Source: Vitrella brassicaformis CCMP3155
Lineage: Eukaryota; Protista; Chromerida
NCBI GenBank assembly: GCA_001179505.1
Contig: CDMY01000592.1
Location: 124,001 to 188,000, forward strand
Direction of reading: 5' to 3'
DNA: 64,000 nucleotides
Positions within the stretch are counted from its first letter, which is position 1, and the number at the start of each line of letters is the position of its first letter. The notes under the pieces are model-generated. The model saw only the letters and a list, made by a program, of their open reading frames with translations, was not told where the DNA came from and made no database searches. Of this stretch, positions 47,615 to 60,400 are shown in pieces. A program made the translations under genes and the position numbers.

Positions 47615-49292
47615 TCATGCATTGTGCCGTATGAGGCCCTCCATGACAGCCAACTCCGCGTTGAGTAGAGACCCACCCGCGGCACCTGCACACACACACA
47701 CGCATGGCGTACACACACAGTGCATTGAAATACCATGGAAAGAGGCTCCCTCCGTCTCTCTGTATCTGATCTGCGTGTCTGACCGATGATCGTGTTGTGT
47801 GAGAGTGTGGTCATTTTGACGTCCATCAGCGGACAGGGACGCACGCGGCCCACACACGTCGACATGCCCTCACCTGCACGCAACACAACACAAGACAACA
47901 CACAAGATGTGAAACCAGGCCACCTGATTGTGCTGTGTCTGTCTGTCTGTCTCACCAGCCATTCTGTCGAGCCTGGGTTGCGGGCGGTCATCCTGGGCCA
48001 TCACCACCACACAGTGAGGCGGACAGCTGATACACACACAGGCAGCACACCACACAGAGATAGACCCACCCCCGCAGTGCGGGTGTGCCTAGTGTGGGGT
48101 AGCTGACCCGTCCGTCCTTACGATGGCAGTTGTTGCACGATCTGTGTGGGTTTGTAGTTAGCGAGGCACTCCCTGACCTGCCGCACCATCTCGTCATCAG
48201 ACTCGGGCCGCTCACGTAGCCGAAGAGATACCTGGTCGGCCGATACACCACACCACACCACACCACACCACACCAGAAAGCACTCTCCTTGCTAGTTGGC
48301 TTGGTGTGTGTAACTCGCTAGCTTGAATGGATTACCGACCGAGACTATGTGTCCGTCTGACACGGCCACTCGATGGCACATGGCTGTCGCCGCTATGGGG
48401 GCGAAGTCGATGCAGCTCCCATCACTCGACGGCTTGCCTGCACACACCACACACCATCCATATGTAGGGTTTCTGTATGTCCCCCTGGCTTTTTTGTCTT
48501 TGGCTGTCTGTCTGGCTGACCGAGTATTTTGGCAGGTTCCTCCTCGAGTTTTGGCTCTTCGCCGCTGATGAAGGGTATGCAGTTGTCGAGGATGTCCATC
48601 GAGGGCAGGCCAGGGTACCCCGCACCCGAAATGGCCTGGCACGTTGCCATGAACACCTCATGGATGCCGAACCTCTCGTGAATCGGCTGACATATCAACC
48701 AACACAGACAGACAGACGTGTGGGGGCGAGTGGGCGAGTGCGTGGGCGTGGGTGGCACAAACGCCCTCGGTGCGGTGTAGGTGACATTCACCTTGAGTGC
48801 GATAGAGAGTCCGGTGGATGCGCAGTTGGCATTGGTGACGATGAAGCCTCCCTTGTCTTTGAAGGTCGGCTGAGACCTCACGATACTCAAATGATCCGCA
48901 TTGATCTAACACACATTCACACACACAGGCACATAAATAGATGCATCACACATCAAGTGGCTGGCTGACCACGGGTATGAGTATGGGCACATCGGCGTCC
49001 ATCCGGTGGTTTTTGGCATTGCTGAACACGGGAATGCCCCGAGAGGCGAAGTCTGCCTCGACAGAACCTGTTCAAATGAACCATGAAATGACACCAAACA
49101 CGCGCAGGCCAGCTGACTGGCTGGTAGGGTCATTATGGGTGTCCTCAGTTTGCCAGCTCACTGACCTGCAACGCTTGAGTCGAGACCCGAAAACACAATG
49201 TCACTGCGGGCACACCACAGCCAGTCAAGAACACATTTCTCAGCCATGTACTGTGATGAATGCGTCGCTCCACGCATGACTGTCTATCTGGT

Positions 49293-49326
<34 letters not shown>

Positions 49327-49650
49327 CGTGTGTGTGTGACATACACGAGTCCGATGAACAGATCTGCCCTGCACTCCATCACCAGCAGTGATGCTGCCTC
49401 CTCGGGCACGGCGGCAGACACCTTCCAGTTGACGACGTCGCCATATTTCTTGCCGGCCGACCGCTCGGAGGCGCCCAGGGCAGTGACGATGAACCATGGG
49501 TGGTTTTTGAGCAGCTCCAGGAAACGCTGACCCACCGCACCCGTCGCTGCACCCACATCACACACACCGCTGTGCAAGCAATGCAAGACAGCCGGTCTGG
49601 AGCCATGTTTTCTCACCTCCAAGCACTCCAACACGGTACTTCTTCTCCAT
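47615..49650 (-). CDS. asd: Aspartate-semialdehyde dehydrogenase (fungal/archaeal HOM2 type)
   Basis: [96 protein letters not shown]. Confidence 0.95.
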
Positions 49651-49768
49651 GAGCTTGTGATTTCCCAGTTTTACAGAAGAGACGCTCTACCCCAGATATC
49701 AGCCGTGAAACGAAGCGAGTTTACGGCGACTGGCTTGGTGAAGTGGGAAAGCTGTGGTTCGGAGGGCA

Positions 49769-51575
49769 ATGATGATGAGGGCCATCGTCGTGTTCGTGGG
49801 CCTGCTCGTGGCCTGCCAAGGTACGCAAGTGCACGCCGTCTCCCTCACTTGCTGATCTCTCCATCCTCTGGTGGCGTGTGTGGTGCAGCCATGGACAAGA
49901 GCGCCTTCCAGCTCACCATGCAGGTGAGTGACCAAAGATGACAATGCCGCACACACGCACTCGCCCTTTGTGGATCCTCTTGCTGTTCCCTGGTATCGTC
50001 AGGCGAGGGCCAAGGGTCAGAAGAAGGCCGTGAAGAAGGCGCCTGTGCGGGGCGTCGACTTCCGTAAGGAAAGGACCAACCAGCGAGCCACTCGCTCAGA
50101 ATCAACACCACGTGAACATCTATCTCTCTTCTGTGTGTGTGTCACATGTGTGATTCAGCGGACTATACGCGTCAGCCTGAGCCTGGTGTGGGTCCCCTGG
50201 GCCAGTGGTATGTGCGTGACGACCCCAACATCTCCCCCGCCCTCCCGTGGGTCTCCCGCCCAACCATCGGCGACGGCAACCTTGTCGGCGACTTCGGTCA
50301 GTCAGCCAGCCACATGCAATGCGATGCGATGCGACCAGATCGGTGTTTCGCCTGTGGTTGTGTTGATCGATGGGACGGATGTCTGCAGGCTTCGATCCCT
50401 TCGGGCTCTCGAAACTCGTCAACATCCAGTGGTACGGTACACACGCTGGCCTGGCAAGGGCAGGGCCACCACACAGACGAGGGCAATGCAGGCAGGCAGG
50501 CAGACAGGCATGGACCGAACGGTGGATGGACAGGTCCATGGATACATAATTGTGCCTGCCACATACATACATACTAACTATGTTGGCTGGTCGATTGATT
50601 CATGTGTGTGACCACCTTCCTAGGTTGCGTAATGCTGAGTTGAAGCATGGTCGTGTGTGCATGTTGGCGTCCGTGGGCCTGTTGGCGCCGGAGCTGGTGC
50701 AGCGGCCGGAGGGCTTCAAGGGCATCGACTTCGTGCCGGCTTTCTCGGAGCTGAGCCCATACAAGGCACTCACCGCACTCCCGCCTGCTGGCATCGCCCA
50801 GATCATCATCGCTATCGCACTCATCGAGGTAGGTACCTACCTATCTACGCAGACAGACGGGGAGGGACGCACAGACAGACAGACAGACAGACAGGCCCCA
50901 CCTGCAGACGGACGCCCAATGGTGGTTAGCATGCATGTATCTCTTGGTTCCTGTTTCTGTGGTGTCTGTCCCTTGCCTTGCCGCGCGTGCCATGTCTGTC
51001 TGTCTGTCTGCTGTGTGACTGTCTTAATGGATCCCTCCCTTCATCCCTCCCTTGCTTAATCAGTTGACGACTGCCAAGTATTTGTACAACCCGACGACCA
51101 AGATCAAGCTGGCGGACCTGACGCTCAGGGAGCGGGCCCTGGTGCAGACAGGCAACACTCGGTTCCTCGCCGGTGGCGCCTTTGCGGAGCTCGGCCGCCT
51201 TGGCGAGGAGCGCATCGAGGAGAGACCTGATGCAGTTTCGCGTGTGCCGGGTGACCTGGGGTGGGACCCACTGGGGCTCGCGGACAACGGCATCAGGGAG
51301 GACTGGGCACTGGCTGAAATCAAACACGCCAGGCTGGCGGTATGAATGCCACCACACTCACAGCACTGCACAGACAGACAGCCACAATCAAGGAGCTCAC
51401 CTACCTCGTTTCTCTGTCTGTCTGTCTGTCTGTCTGTCGGCGTGACGTGTGCTCGTGCTGGTATGTATATGAACAGATGATCGGCACCCTGGGCATGATG
51501 CTGCAGGCCTTCATTGAGCCCAACAAGCCCATCCTGCAGCAGACCATCGAGTGGGCCAAGGGTCAGATCGGCTGA
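49769..51575 (+). CDS. Light-harvesting complex protein (LHCR-like) with bipartite plastid leader
   Basis: Leader MMMRAIVVFVGLLVACQA-MDKSAFQLTMQ. SPALPW...LVGDFGFDPFG, LRNAELKHGRVCMLA, PGDLGWDPLG, AEIKHARLAMIG. Confidence 0.95.
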
Positions 51576-52079
51576 GCGCCGACTGGTGTGGGTATGACTG
51601 AGGCGGGTCTTGTGCTTTCATTCATTCATGCGATGCGATGCGATGTCCGCGAGAAGTTTTTGACGCTGCTTTTGCTATCTGCCTGCCGTTTCCCCGAGCG
51701 ATGGATGAGCCACGTGCGTTGCGAATGGGCAGATAGCGAGATGGATGGACAGACGGGAGTGCCTTTTGGGGGGAGGGATAGAGTGGTGCGGTGCGCCGAT
51801 GGGGGCGTTCATGGAGTGGATGGACAGGACAAATCACTCCACCCACCAGCGAGGTCAGACAGACACATTTAGGACCACCAACGACAGGCAGACATGAGAT
51901 GAAGATGATATATGCGTCCCGAAACAACACTCGTTGATCGGCGTGTGGTTTACAATGCGCCGATTTCACTTGAGGAATGATTTCGCGCGCGCCCTGACTC
52001 ACGAAACAGCGTCTCGTCAGGAGCGCTCGCTGGACGATACTGCAGGGGTCTGAGGAGTAGAAGGGTGTACTGATACGTA

Positions 52080-53997
52080 ATGATGGACGAGAAGGTGGTG
52101 CAGCTTGAGGCCCGCATCTTGCAGCTCGAGAGGGACAGACTCGCAAGGGGAGAGCTCGTCAACCTCATGGTATGGATGCACAGCACACACCAAAATCTCC
52201 TTCCACTCATCCATCCGCCAGCATACATATACGGATTGTGTCTGTGTGTTGCAGCCCGCCAGTGTGGACATGGCTCAAACGCGCAGTGCCTCTGTGCCGC
52301 CCAACGGTGACCGGCTGCCCGCGGAGCGTGAGAGTGTGGGAGGCGGTGGGCAGGGGCTGCCCTGGGACCAACAGGTACGAATGGCTGGGTGGATGGATGG
52401 ACGGACGGACAGATGGCGCGGGGCACCGACAAGAGGTTCGCCATGTGGATGGGATGGATGGGGATCACGTGTGGGGGGGTGCGTGTTCAGGTGCGGCGGC
52501 TGCAGGCTGAGGTATGTATTTGCCCAAATAAGTTGGTTACTAACATACAGCGCTGATCTGTTGAGAAAGACCTACCACACGTGTGTGTCCGTCCGTCCGT
52601 CCGTCCGTCCGTGCGTGCAGGTGGATAGGTTGGCGCAGCAGCAGGAGGCGTTCAACTCGCGGCTGTCGCGCTTCGAGGAGAGGCTGGCGGTGCAGCTGGC
52701 CGCCACAGAACAGACTTGCAACAGACTCACTGACGGTACGCACACACTCAGGGCAGGCAGGCAATGTGGTTCTCTCTGGGCACATCCATCCATCCATCCA
52801 TTGTGCTGCGTTGCTGCCCCTGCCTGACACAGACGCCTTTGCGACGTTTCAGGCTACAGCTAAGCAAGTAAATGAATGACTGGGGCGATGCAGCGGCCCG
52901 CCCGTCTTGTATCTATTATATGCCTCCCTGCACGTCATGTACGTTTGTGTGTGTGTGTGTGCGTCCATCGATGAATGCAATCAATGCAGCTGGAGAGCCT
53001 TCACGTGCGCATCTCTGCATTAGGTCTCTCTGTCTGTCTGCCCAGCTGGCCAGGCTGGTGGCTGTCCATGTCCATCCATGCATCCATCGACGTCGGATGT
53101 ATTTGTTTCTTTCATCTATGCGTCATGTGTGGATGCAGAGCTATCATCTGGGCCCGCCGGCCCCCCTGTGGCTGCGGTCCCTCCGACACGAGACGAGGCT
53201 TCGCCCAAGAGGGCCCTGGCCGCCACCCGCGGCACACTCACTCAGAGTCGCCTACCCTCACACCCAACTCTCAAAGAGGCGGCAGCCAAGCAGCAGACCT
53301 CGGGAGCACGACTACCGAAGGTAGGTCACACAGGCACGCCACACACATCCGATGCGATGCAGGACAGGCTGACCGACATTCCATGCGGTGCAAGTGTGTG
53401 TGAATGTACACGGGCTGGTTAGTTGCTTGGTTCATGTATGTATGTGTGTGTGTGTGTGTGTATGCACTGCAGACCATTCACATTCCTCGTCTGATGGCGA
53501 GTCGCACCGCTCCCCCGTCTGCCAGCCATCGCACGAGGGTGGTGCCAGCCACGGCAAGGGGGTACTCCAGCCGATCACTGACCGCCAAACGCGCCCCGCC
53601 AGCAGCACCGCCCAAGAGGCCTGCATCGGCACTTAGCGCCAGACAGAAGAGTGCCAAGGGTGTGGGGACTTCTGGAGCCAAGGTTGGCGTGTCTGTGCCG
53701 TCGAGGGCCAAGCCGTCTGTGCCGTCTGCGGCCGCCAAGCCAACGGTATTGTCGCCTCCGCGCAGCTGGAGCCCCACGGTGGGCGGTGCCAGGGCGGGGG
53801 AGGGGGGCGGTGGTGGAGTGGGGTGGGAGAGGGGTAGGGCTGGTGGGGGTGCCGGGATCGAGCACGTTATAGCCCAGCTGCGGGAGGGTCGAGTGGCGAT
53901 TCGGCACATGGGCGGCGAATTAGGCAGTCCGCAGGGGAACACCATTAGCTTCAGGGGAGATCTGGATGTCAGTGTGACTCGGAGAGATGATGAATGA
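52080..53997 (+). CDS. Hypothetical coiled-coil protein with basic Pro/Ala/Ser-rich tail
   Basis: Exons MMDEKVVQLEARILQLERDRL..., VDRLAQQQEAFNSRLSRFEERL..., AELSSGPAGPP..., TIHIPRLMASR...SVTRRDDE*. Some internal junctions are uncertain. Confidence 0.65.
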
Positions 53998-54258
53998 CAT
54001 ACTAACATGCTGCCAGACAGGGTGTGGTGTGGTGTGGTGTATGAATGCATTCATCAAGGCAGGGTCACGCATCCACTCGTGAGTGAGTGAGTTGCTGGCT
54101 GTGAGTGAACCTGCGTTGCAATGAGCGCCGTCTGGCGGGTTTGCAAACCCGTGACCCCAAACCCACCCACCCGCCAATCTTGGCGATTGTTGAGGAAACG
54201 ATGTGGCGGCCCGCAGATAAAGAACCTCGGCTATAGGCTAATTGGTTTCTCAACAGCG

Positions 54259-57256
54259 ATGAGTGAGGATGGAGGTGTTGAGTGGCTTCGGACCTTTTCG
54301 GGTGCGTGGTATGAGGTGCTCGAGAGGGACTCTTCCCCGGCCGAGAGAGTGCGTATGCGAAAGCACCAGGATGCTGAGGATCTGTTGCGGGAGCTGCAGG
54401 GAAGGGCCCAGCAGCTGCTTGAGGGCGACTCGAAGAGGTTCGAGCGCGAGATGGTGCGTGGCGATGGCGACCAGCAATGGATGCGCAAGATAGCCCATGA
54501 GGGGACGGTGGCTGACCGCATCGGCGCCCTGACGTTGCTGATCCAGCAAGCACCGGTCTTCCAGCTGCACCAGCTGCGGCAGCTGGTGGCCATGGCCGCC
54601 AAGAAGAACCGCACCGCCGCCACCGCAGCACAGGAGGCTCTCAAGGACCTCTTTATCAACACCCTGCTGCCCGACCGGAAGCTCCTGTTTTTCCACCAGC
54701 AGCCGCACGGCATTGGCCACCGGGAGAGGGCGGCCACCCTGCGGCGGGAGGGGGTCAGGGTCACCCAACTCATGCTCAAGATGTGGGCGTTCGAGGACGC
54801 ACTCAAGACAGCATTCGCCAACTTCCTACAGGTAGGCATCTAGATAGCTACATCACTGGCTGGCTGAGAGCTGAGTGTGTTTCTTCTTCCCCCTGCTGAC
54901 ATATATTGATCTGTCATTGGTTGATTGATTGGATGCCATGTGTCTGTCTGTGCACATGCAGGCATTGGTATCCATGAGTCACGACACGTCCGAGTTCGCC
55001 AAGGTGCGTGCCCTCAAGACCCTGTCGGAGCTTCTGGTGGCCAAGCCAGAACAGGAGCAGGCCCTGCTGACCACACTCGTCAACAAACTCGGCGACGCTG
55101 CCCCGAGGGTGGCCGTCCAGGCCTCGCGACACCTGGCTGACCTGCTCGACACCCACCCACAAATGCGCAGAGTGGTGTTCCGCACACTCAAGGATGTGGT
55201 CCTCATGACGCGACCAACAACACACAACAAGGGCCGGCAACACCGGCAGCAGCAGTCGCCGGCCTGCTCACCTGCCCAGTATAGAGCACTTGTCTTCCTC
55301 TCACAAATGAAGCTCTCAAGGTCAGTCACTCCTGCATGCTGTGCATCCACACCTGCCGTCATCTTCGGCTGCTGCTTGTTCTTGATCCCTCAGGGGCGAG
55401 CAGGACCTTGCAGGAGAGGTAGTCAGGCATCGAAGTGGCTCTCTCAGATCAGAGGCCTGCGTGGATGGATGGATGGATGCATGGGTTCAGATGTTCAAGC
55501 TGTATCTATTGGTGTTCGAGAGGCTCTTCGGGTCGACGGCCGCTGACGGCATGGCCGATTCATCATCGTCGAGGCCGAGAGAGACCAAAGGCAGCCCGCG
55601 TGTGGTGGTAGTGGGCGAAGCCGACAGCCGACTCCTCAAGGCCGTCCTCACGGGTGGGTGATTGCGCACACTCACACCAGCACATAGACAGAAGAGGGAG
55701 CTGGGGATGCCTGACGCAGCGCAGCACCGACCCGGTTTCCTGTGTGTACGTGTGTATGCGTGTGGATGGGATGGGTTCCTGCGGTGCGGTGCAGGGATGA
55801 ACCGTGCATTTCCGTTCGTCGAGAGTGAGGCCTTCAGCGGCGCCCTGGCCTCCAAGATCGACATCCTCTTCAAAGTCAGGTGGGTATGGATGGATGGATG
55901 GACGGATGGGCACACAGTTGCGGTGTTCGGGTGTCTTATCATCTATCTGTCTGTCGTGTTGGTTGGCTGGTTGGTTCAGTCATGTGGCGCCCACACCTTC
56001 CCTCCGCATTTCGCTGCTGAGCCTCCTCTTCAGGATAACGAATGCATTCAAGTACGTGGACATACATGTGTATGTCACGTCGATTGGTTCGCTGGCTGTG
56101 TACATGTGAATGGTCTGAGTGTGGCACACCGTGTGTTGTGCTGTGCAGGGTGGATTCGCATCGGTTCTACCGTCTGCTGTATGAGCAGCTGCTGAACCGG
56201 GACATCTACCGCTCGTCCAACGCAATGACTCTATTCACCCTGCTGCGAGAGTGCCTGCAGCCGGACCATGGTGTGCCCATCAACACGTCGGTGGCCATCC
56301 TCAAGCGCCTGCTGCAAGTCGGCATGCACGAAAGGTCCGAGATGGCTTACCAAGCCCTCCGGACCGCCAGCACCACACTCAAGGCCCTCCCGCAGCTCTT
56401 GGTGGAAAAGGTGCTGCAGCAGCCCGATGCTGCACTCCGAGACACGGTGGATGACAGGGAGGGGGACGGCGATGTGGACACCCAACACACCGGCCACAAG
56501 CACTTACGCACAACCAGTGGGGGAGACTATGATCCTCTCAAAAGAGGTAGGGACGGACGGACGGACGGACGGCCACGCATAAACAACACCGACCGTGTCC
56601 CGACGTTCAGATGATGGGAGTGTATGTGTGCATGTGTGTGGGTGTCGGTGTCAGATCCTGAGTACTCTGGTGCGTCACGTTGTTTCATGTGGGAGCCGAC
56701 CATCTTCAGTGCGATGGCCGACGGCAGGCTCCGCCAGGGTGCCGCCCATGTCACGGATCCAGCAGCGATGGAGTCGCTGCCGGCAGACCCTGCGACGAAC
56801 CTCAACTCGTGGCTCGATCAGGAGCTCCGGCGGTCCCAAGCTGCGGCCGGTGACGAGCAGGCGGCAACAGCAGCGGGAGGTGTGGGTGTGGATGTGGGTG
56901 AAGAGGCCGAGGAGGCCGAGATAGATGAGTTCCTGATGGCTGAGCTGAGGCGTGACTACCCGGATATCGGCGGGAGTGACGATGGGGCCATGAGCATGGA
57001 CGAGGAGGAAGATGAGGAAGATGAAGAAGATGAGGAAGATGAGGAAGATGAGGAAGATGGAGATGTTGAGCAGGGAGAGTGGCAGGATGGGGACCAAGGG
57101 GATATGGATATGGATGATGGCGGCCAGTTGCATACCGGCAAAGCTGTGCACAGAGCAGGGAGAGTGGCAAAGACAGGCAGGCAAGCGAAAGGGACGTCAT
57201 CCTTCGCGCCAGCGGAACTATATGCGCAGCAGATGGACCTTGATGATGAGGAATGA
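54259..57256 (+). CDS. MAK21: MAK21/NOC1/CEBPZ ribosome biogenesis protein (CBF domain)
   Basis: GTVADRIGALTLLIQQAP, MAAKKNR, ALKDLFINTLLPDRKL, KPEQEQALL..LVNKLGD, HRFYRLLYEQL, DYDPLKRDPEYSGA, acidic tail. Confidence 0.92.
57005..57058 (+). repeat. Coding 9-bp repeat (GAGGAAGAT)x6, one copy imperfect, encoding (EED)n in the MAK21 acidic tail
   Basis: Directly visible in the sequence. Confidence 0.9.
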
Positions 57257-57462
57257 AATGCATTTCATTGGGGCCAACTTGAAGCTACTCCCTTCGGTTC
57301 CGTTGTTTCATGCGAGCTTGGGGGCTTTGCATGCATTTCGGGAACGGCGAACGCTTAGCGAGTCCCGCCAGCCGACGGAGGAGGGAACTTTCATCATGCG
57401 AGGCAGCCGGTCTTCGCGATTTCTGCCCCGATCCCTGGGCCCCAAATATTTGCCGCGCTGAG

Positions 57463-60400
57463 ATGCAGCTATTGCATTTGGCAGCGTTGTGGGTGCAAGT
57501 ATCGGTGTCCAGGGCTGCACGCTTCATGCCCGCCTCCACGGGGCCTTTTGCACTGCCTGGGTACGACTCCCCCCTGCAAGCCCCACACCAACCTTCCTTG
57601 GTCCAACAAGACAGCCGCAAGGCCACTGTCTACGACCTCTTCCAGTCGAGGCTATCGGCAGCCCACACAGGCAGTGCGCGGGAGGACCTGGAGCACATTC
57701 TCAACAGTCACGGGGCCGTGAGGAGGTCGGTTGATGCGTCGTGGACGGCGCCGAAGTGCTATGACAGTTTGGAGGAGCTGGTGATATCCGAGGATGAGTA
57801 CGACTACCTGCACTGCCCCCAGATGCATGCCATCAAGGGCATATGCATCCTTGACGCTTGGTTCGGCAGGAGGGACAACGCCGTCTGCGTCCCAACCGCT
57901 GTCACACCCAACTGCACCGTAGACGTCACCAAACAACTGCAGTAAGCAAGGTAGACGGGGGGTGCATCGACCCGACACACAAGCCACCCCTGCGACACAC
58001 TGCAAGCCCTGGCACACACCGGCACCACCACCACGATGTGTCTGCCTGTCTGCCTGTCTCTCTGTCTGTCTGTCTGTCTGTCTCTGTGTCTCTCTCTGTG
58101 TGTGTATGTGTGTGTGCGCAAAGGGACGCGTGTGACACTCAGCGGCGTTGTGAGGTGTTTGCGCACGAGGACTACTTTGGCAGCCCCTGCGCAGGGCCCA
58201 AGTACCTGCAGATACAATACCTCTGCCACTGTGGGGTGCCGGGTGGGTGCGTATGTATACCTCAATCACCTATACACCCATTCCATGCATGCCGGCGGAT
58301 GGGTGACACACGTACATGTATCGATCCACCCAGCCATCTGTGTCTGTGTACATGTATCGGTTGTTTCATTGCCTCATTGTACGTTTGTGTGTGTTTCAGA
58401 GAAGGTTCCGCCGAGCAGCCGGCCCCTCCCGCCTCTGCGTGTGCCGGGCGACTGTTCGGTGGCGGCATTACCTCCCTCGATGGCCGCCCGAGTGGTGTGC
58501 GACCAGAGCAACGACTTTGTGTCTTGTGAGCTGGGCAAGTCACTCGACATTTACTTCGCCGGGTACGGTCGGCGGGAGGCCAACCAGTGCAGACCCACAC
58601 CCTCCTTCGACGAAGACGCATGTGCCTTCACAGACATCACACAAGAAGTCGCGTAAGCCGTCCTTGTGGGTGGGTGTCACTCGTGGCAATGGGCGTGTGT
58701 GGTGTCTGTCTGGCTACATATCACTGCCGACGGTCAGGTCGATGTGCAACAACCAGACGATTTGCCAGATTGAAAATCCGAATGACGAGAACATGCTGCC
58801 GTGTGAGGGGGTGGACAAGTACAAGCTGATCCTGTACTCGTGCATCTGCCCCGCACAGCCCACCCTGCCGCCACCAAAGGGCGACATTGTCTTCCCCTTC
58901 ACACCTAACGTCCCACTCCAAACCATTGCCCCGGAGGAAAAAGTCCTTACCAGGCGCAACATGGCCGCCAACAAGTCAGTCGGGGAGGGAGGGAGGGAGC
59001 ACGTAGACGCACAAGTGTCATATATACCCTCTCCCCGTCTGGCTGTCTGTTCCTTCCTTCCTTCCTTCCTTGTGTGCCTGTTTGTGTCTGTCTGTCTCGC
59101 TTTTTGTGTGTTGTGGGCTGGCCTGCCTGCCTGCCGCAGGCCCACTGTGCAGAGCTCGACAGAGTACGGTGATGGGGCATATTTGGCGGTGGACGGCAAC
59201 ACCGACGTCAGCGAAATCACGGGGGCGTGCACACATACAAAGGCGGTGAGCTCAGTCAGTCAGGTGCTCGCGTGTGTGGATATGCAGGTAGTATGCATGT
59301 ATGCATGTATGCGAGGGACTGACTGACGTGTGTTTGTATTTGTGTTTGTGTCTGTCTGTGTGCAGGATGAGGGCTGGGATCCATGGTGGCGTGTGGACCT
59401 CGAGGACGACGCCAAAACGCCCATATGGGGGGTCTCCATCACTGCGAGGAAAAGGTACCTACGCACAAGAAAGGCAGGGAGGGAGGTGCCTGCGTGGCGT
59501 CAAGTGAATGCAGCCCGCCAACGTCTCCCTGCCCGCCTGTCTGTCGGTCTGTCTATCTGTTGTTTTGCTGGCCGGTGTGTGTGTGGTGTTGGTTGCTCCC
59601 TTCCAGTTTGCAGGGTGCTCAGGTGTGGGTTGGGAGCGACGACTGCTCGTTCCGTGCGTCAGGGAGCATGCCGTGCATTCCCAAGGGTGGGTACCAGAAG
59701 ACCTGGAAGGAGCGAGGGACCACCCTGGTGGAGTGTCAGGACCTCGTACAGTACGGCTGGGCCCCACCGATGTCACCCACATACAAAGCCAGATACCCCG
59801 CAGGCAAATACCTCTGGGTCAGTGAGTCTGTCAGTCAGTCAGCCAGTCCCAGTTGGCAACCTGGGCAGAGAGGCGGAGAGATTCTCTATCACTCACTCAC
59901 ACTCTGACTGGCCGGCCATCTGAGTGAGTGAGTGAGTGAGTCCATGTATGCGCCAGTCGGCATGGCATGTATTGTGGGTGGGTGCATATTCACTGCGTGT
60001 CCATTGGATTTCGTTAGCATGTATGCATGTATGTGTGTATGTGTGTATGTGTGTGTTGTGCAGGTGGTTTTGCCCGGTTCGCCCTCCAAGGTGTTGTCTC
60101 TATGTGAGGTGGAGGTGTGGGCCTTCTTCGAAGAAGAGTACGAAGATGCCGTCCGACGGCAGCCACCAACACTGCTGCAGAGGGAAGCCATCGCCTCCCT
60201 CATGCCCCGCAACATCGCACGCGACCGTCCATCGCAGATCGAGCCGCCCAGACCTGACGGCAAGGGACGGGCGGAATTATGTGTGGACGGCAACACGTCG
60301 GCCGACCCTGCTAATTGTACGGAGAGCGCCCCTGCCGCTGAACCGTGGCTCCGGGTGACGTTCAACGCCTCGTACATTGTCGGTGCGGTGCGGGTACTCA

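Noticed and set aside
51981-51988. E2F-like TTTCGCGC site upstream of the coiled-coil gene
   Set aside because: Single occurrence, and I saw none at the cyclin promoter; cannot be told apart from chance.
54231-54839. Long antisense ORFs (also 33684-34397, 44702-45286, 45213-46043)
   Set aside because: Shadow ORFs on or opposite GC-rich coding exons, with no independent motifs.
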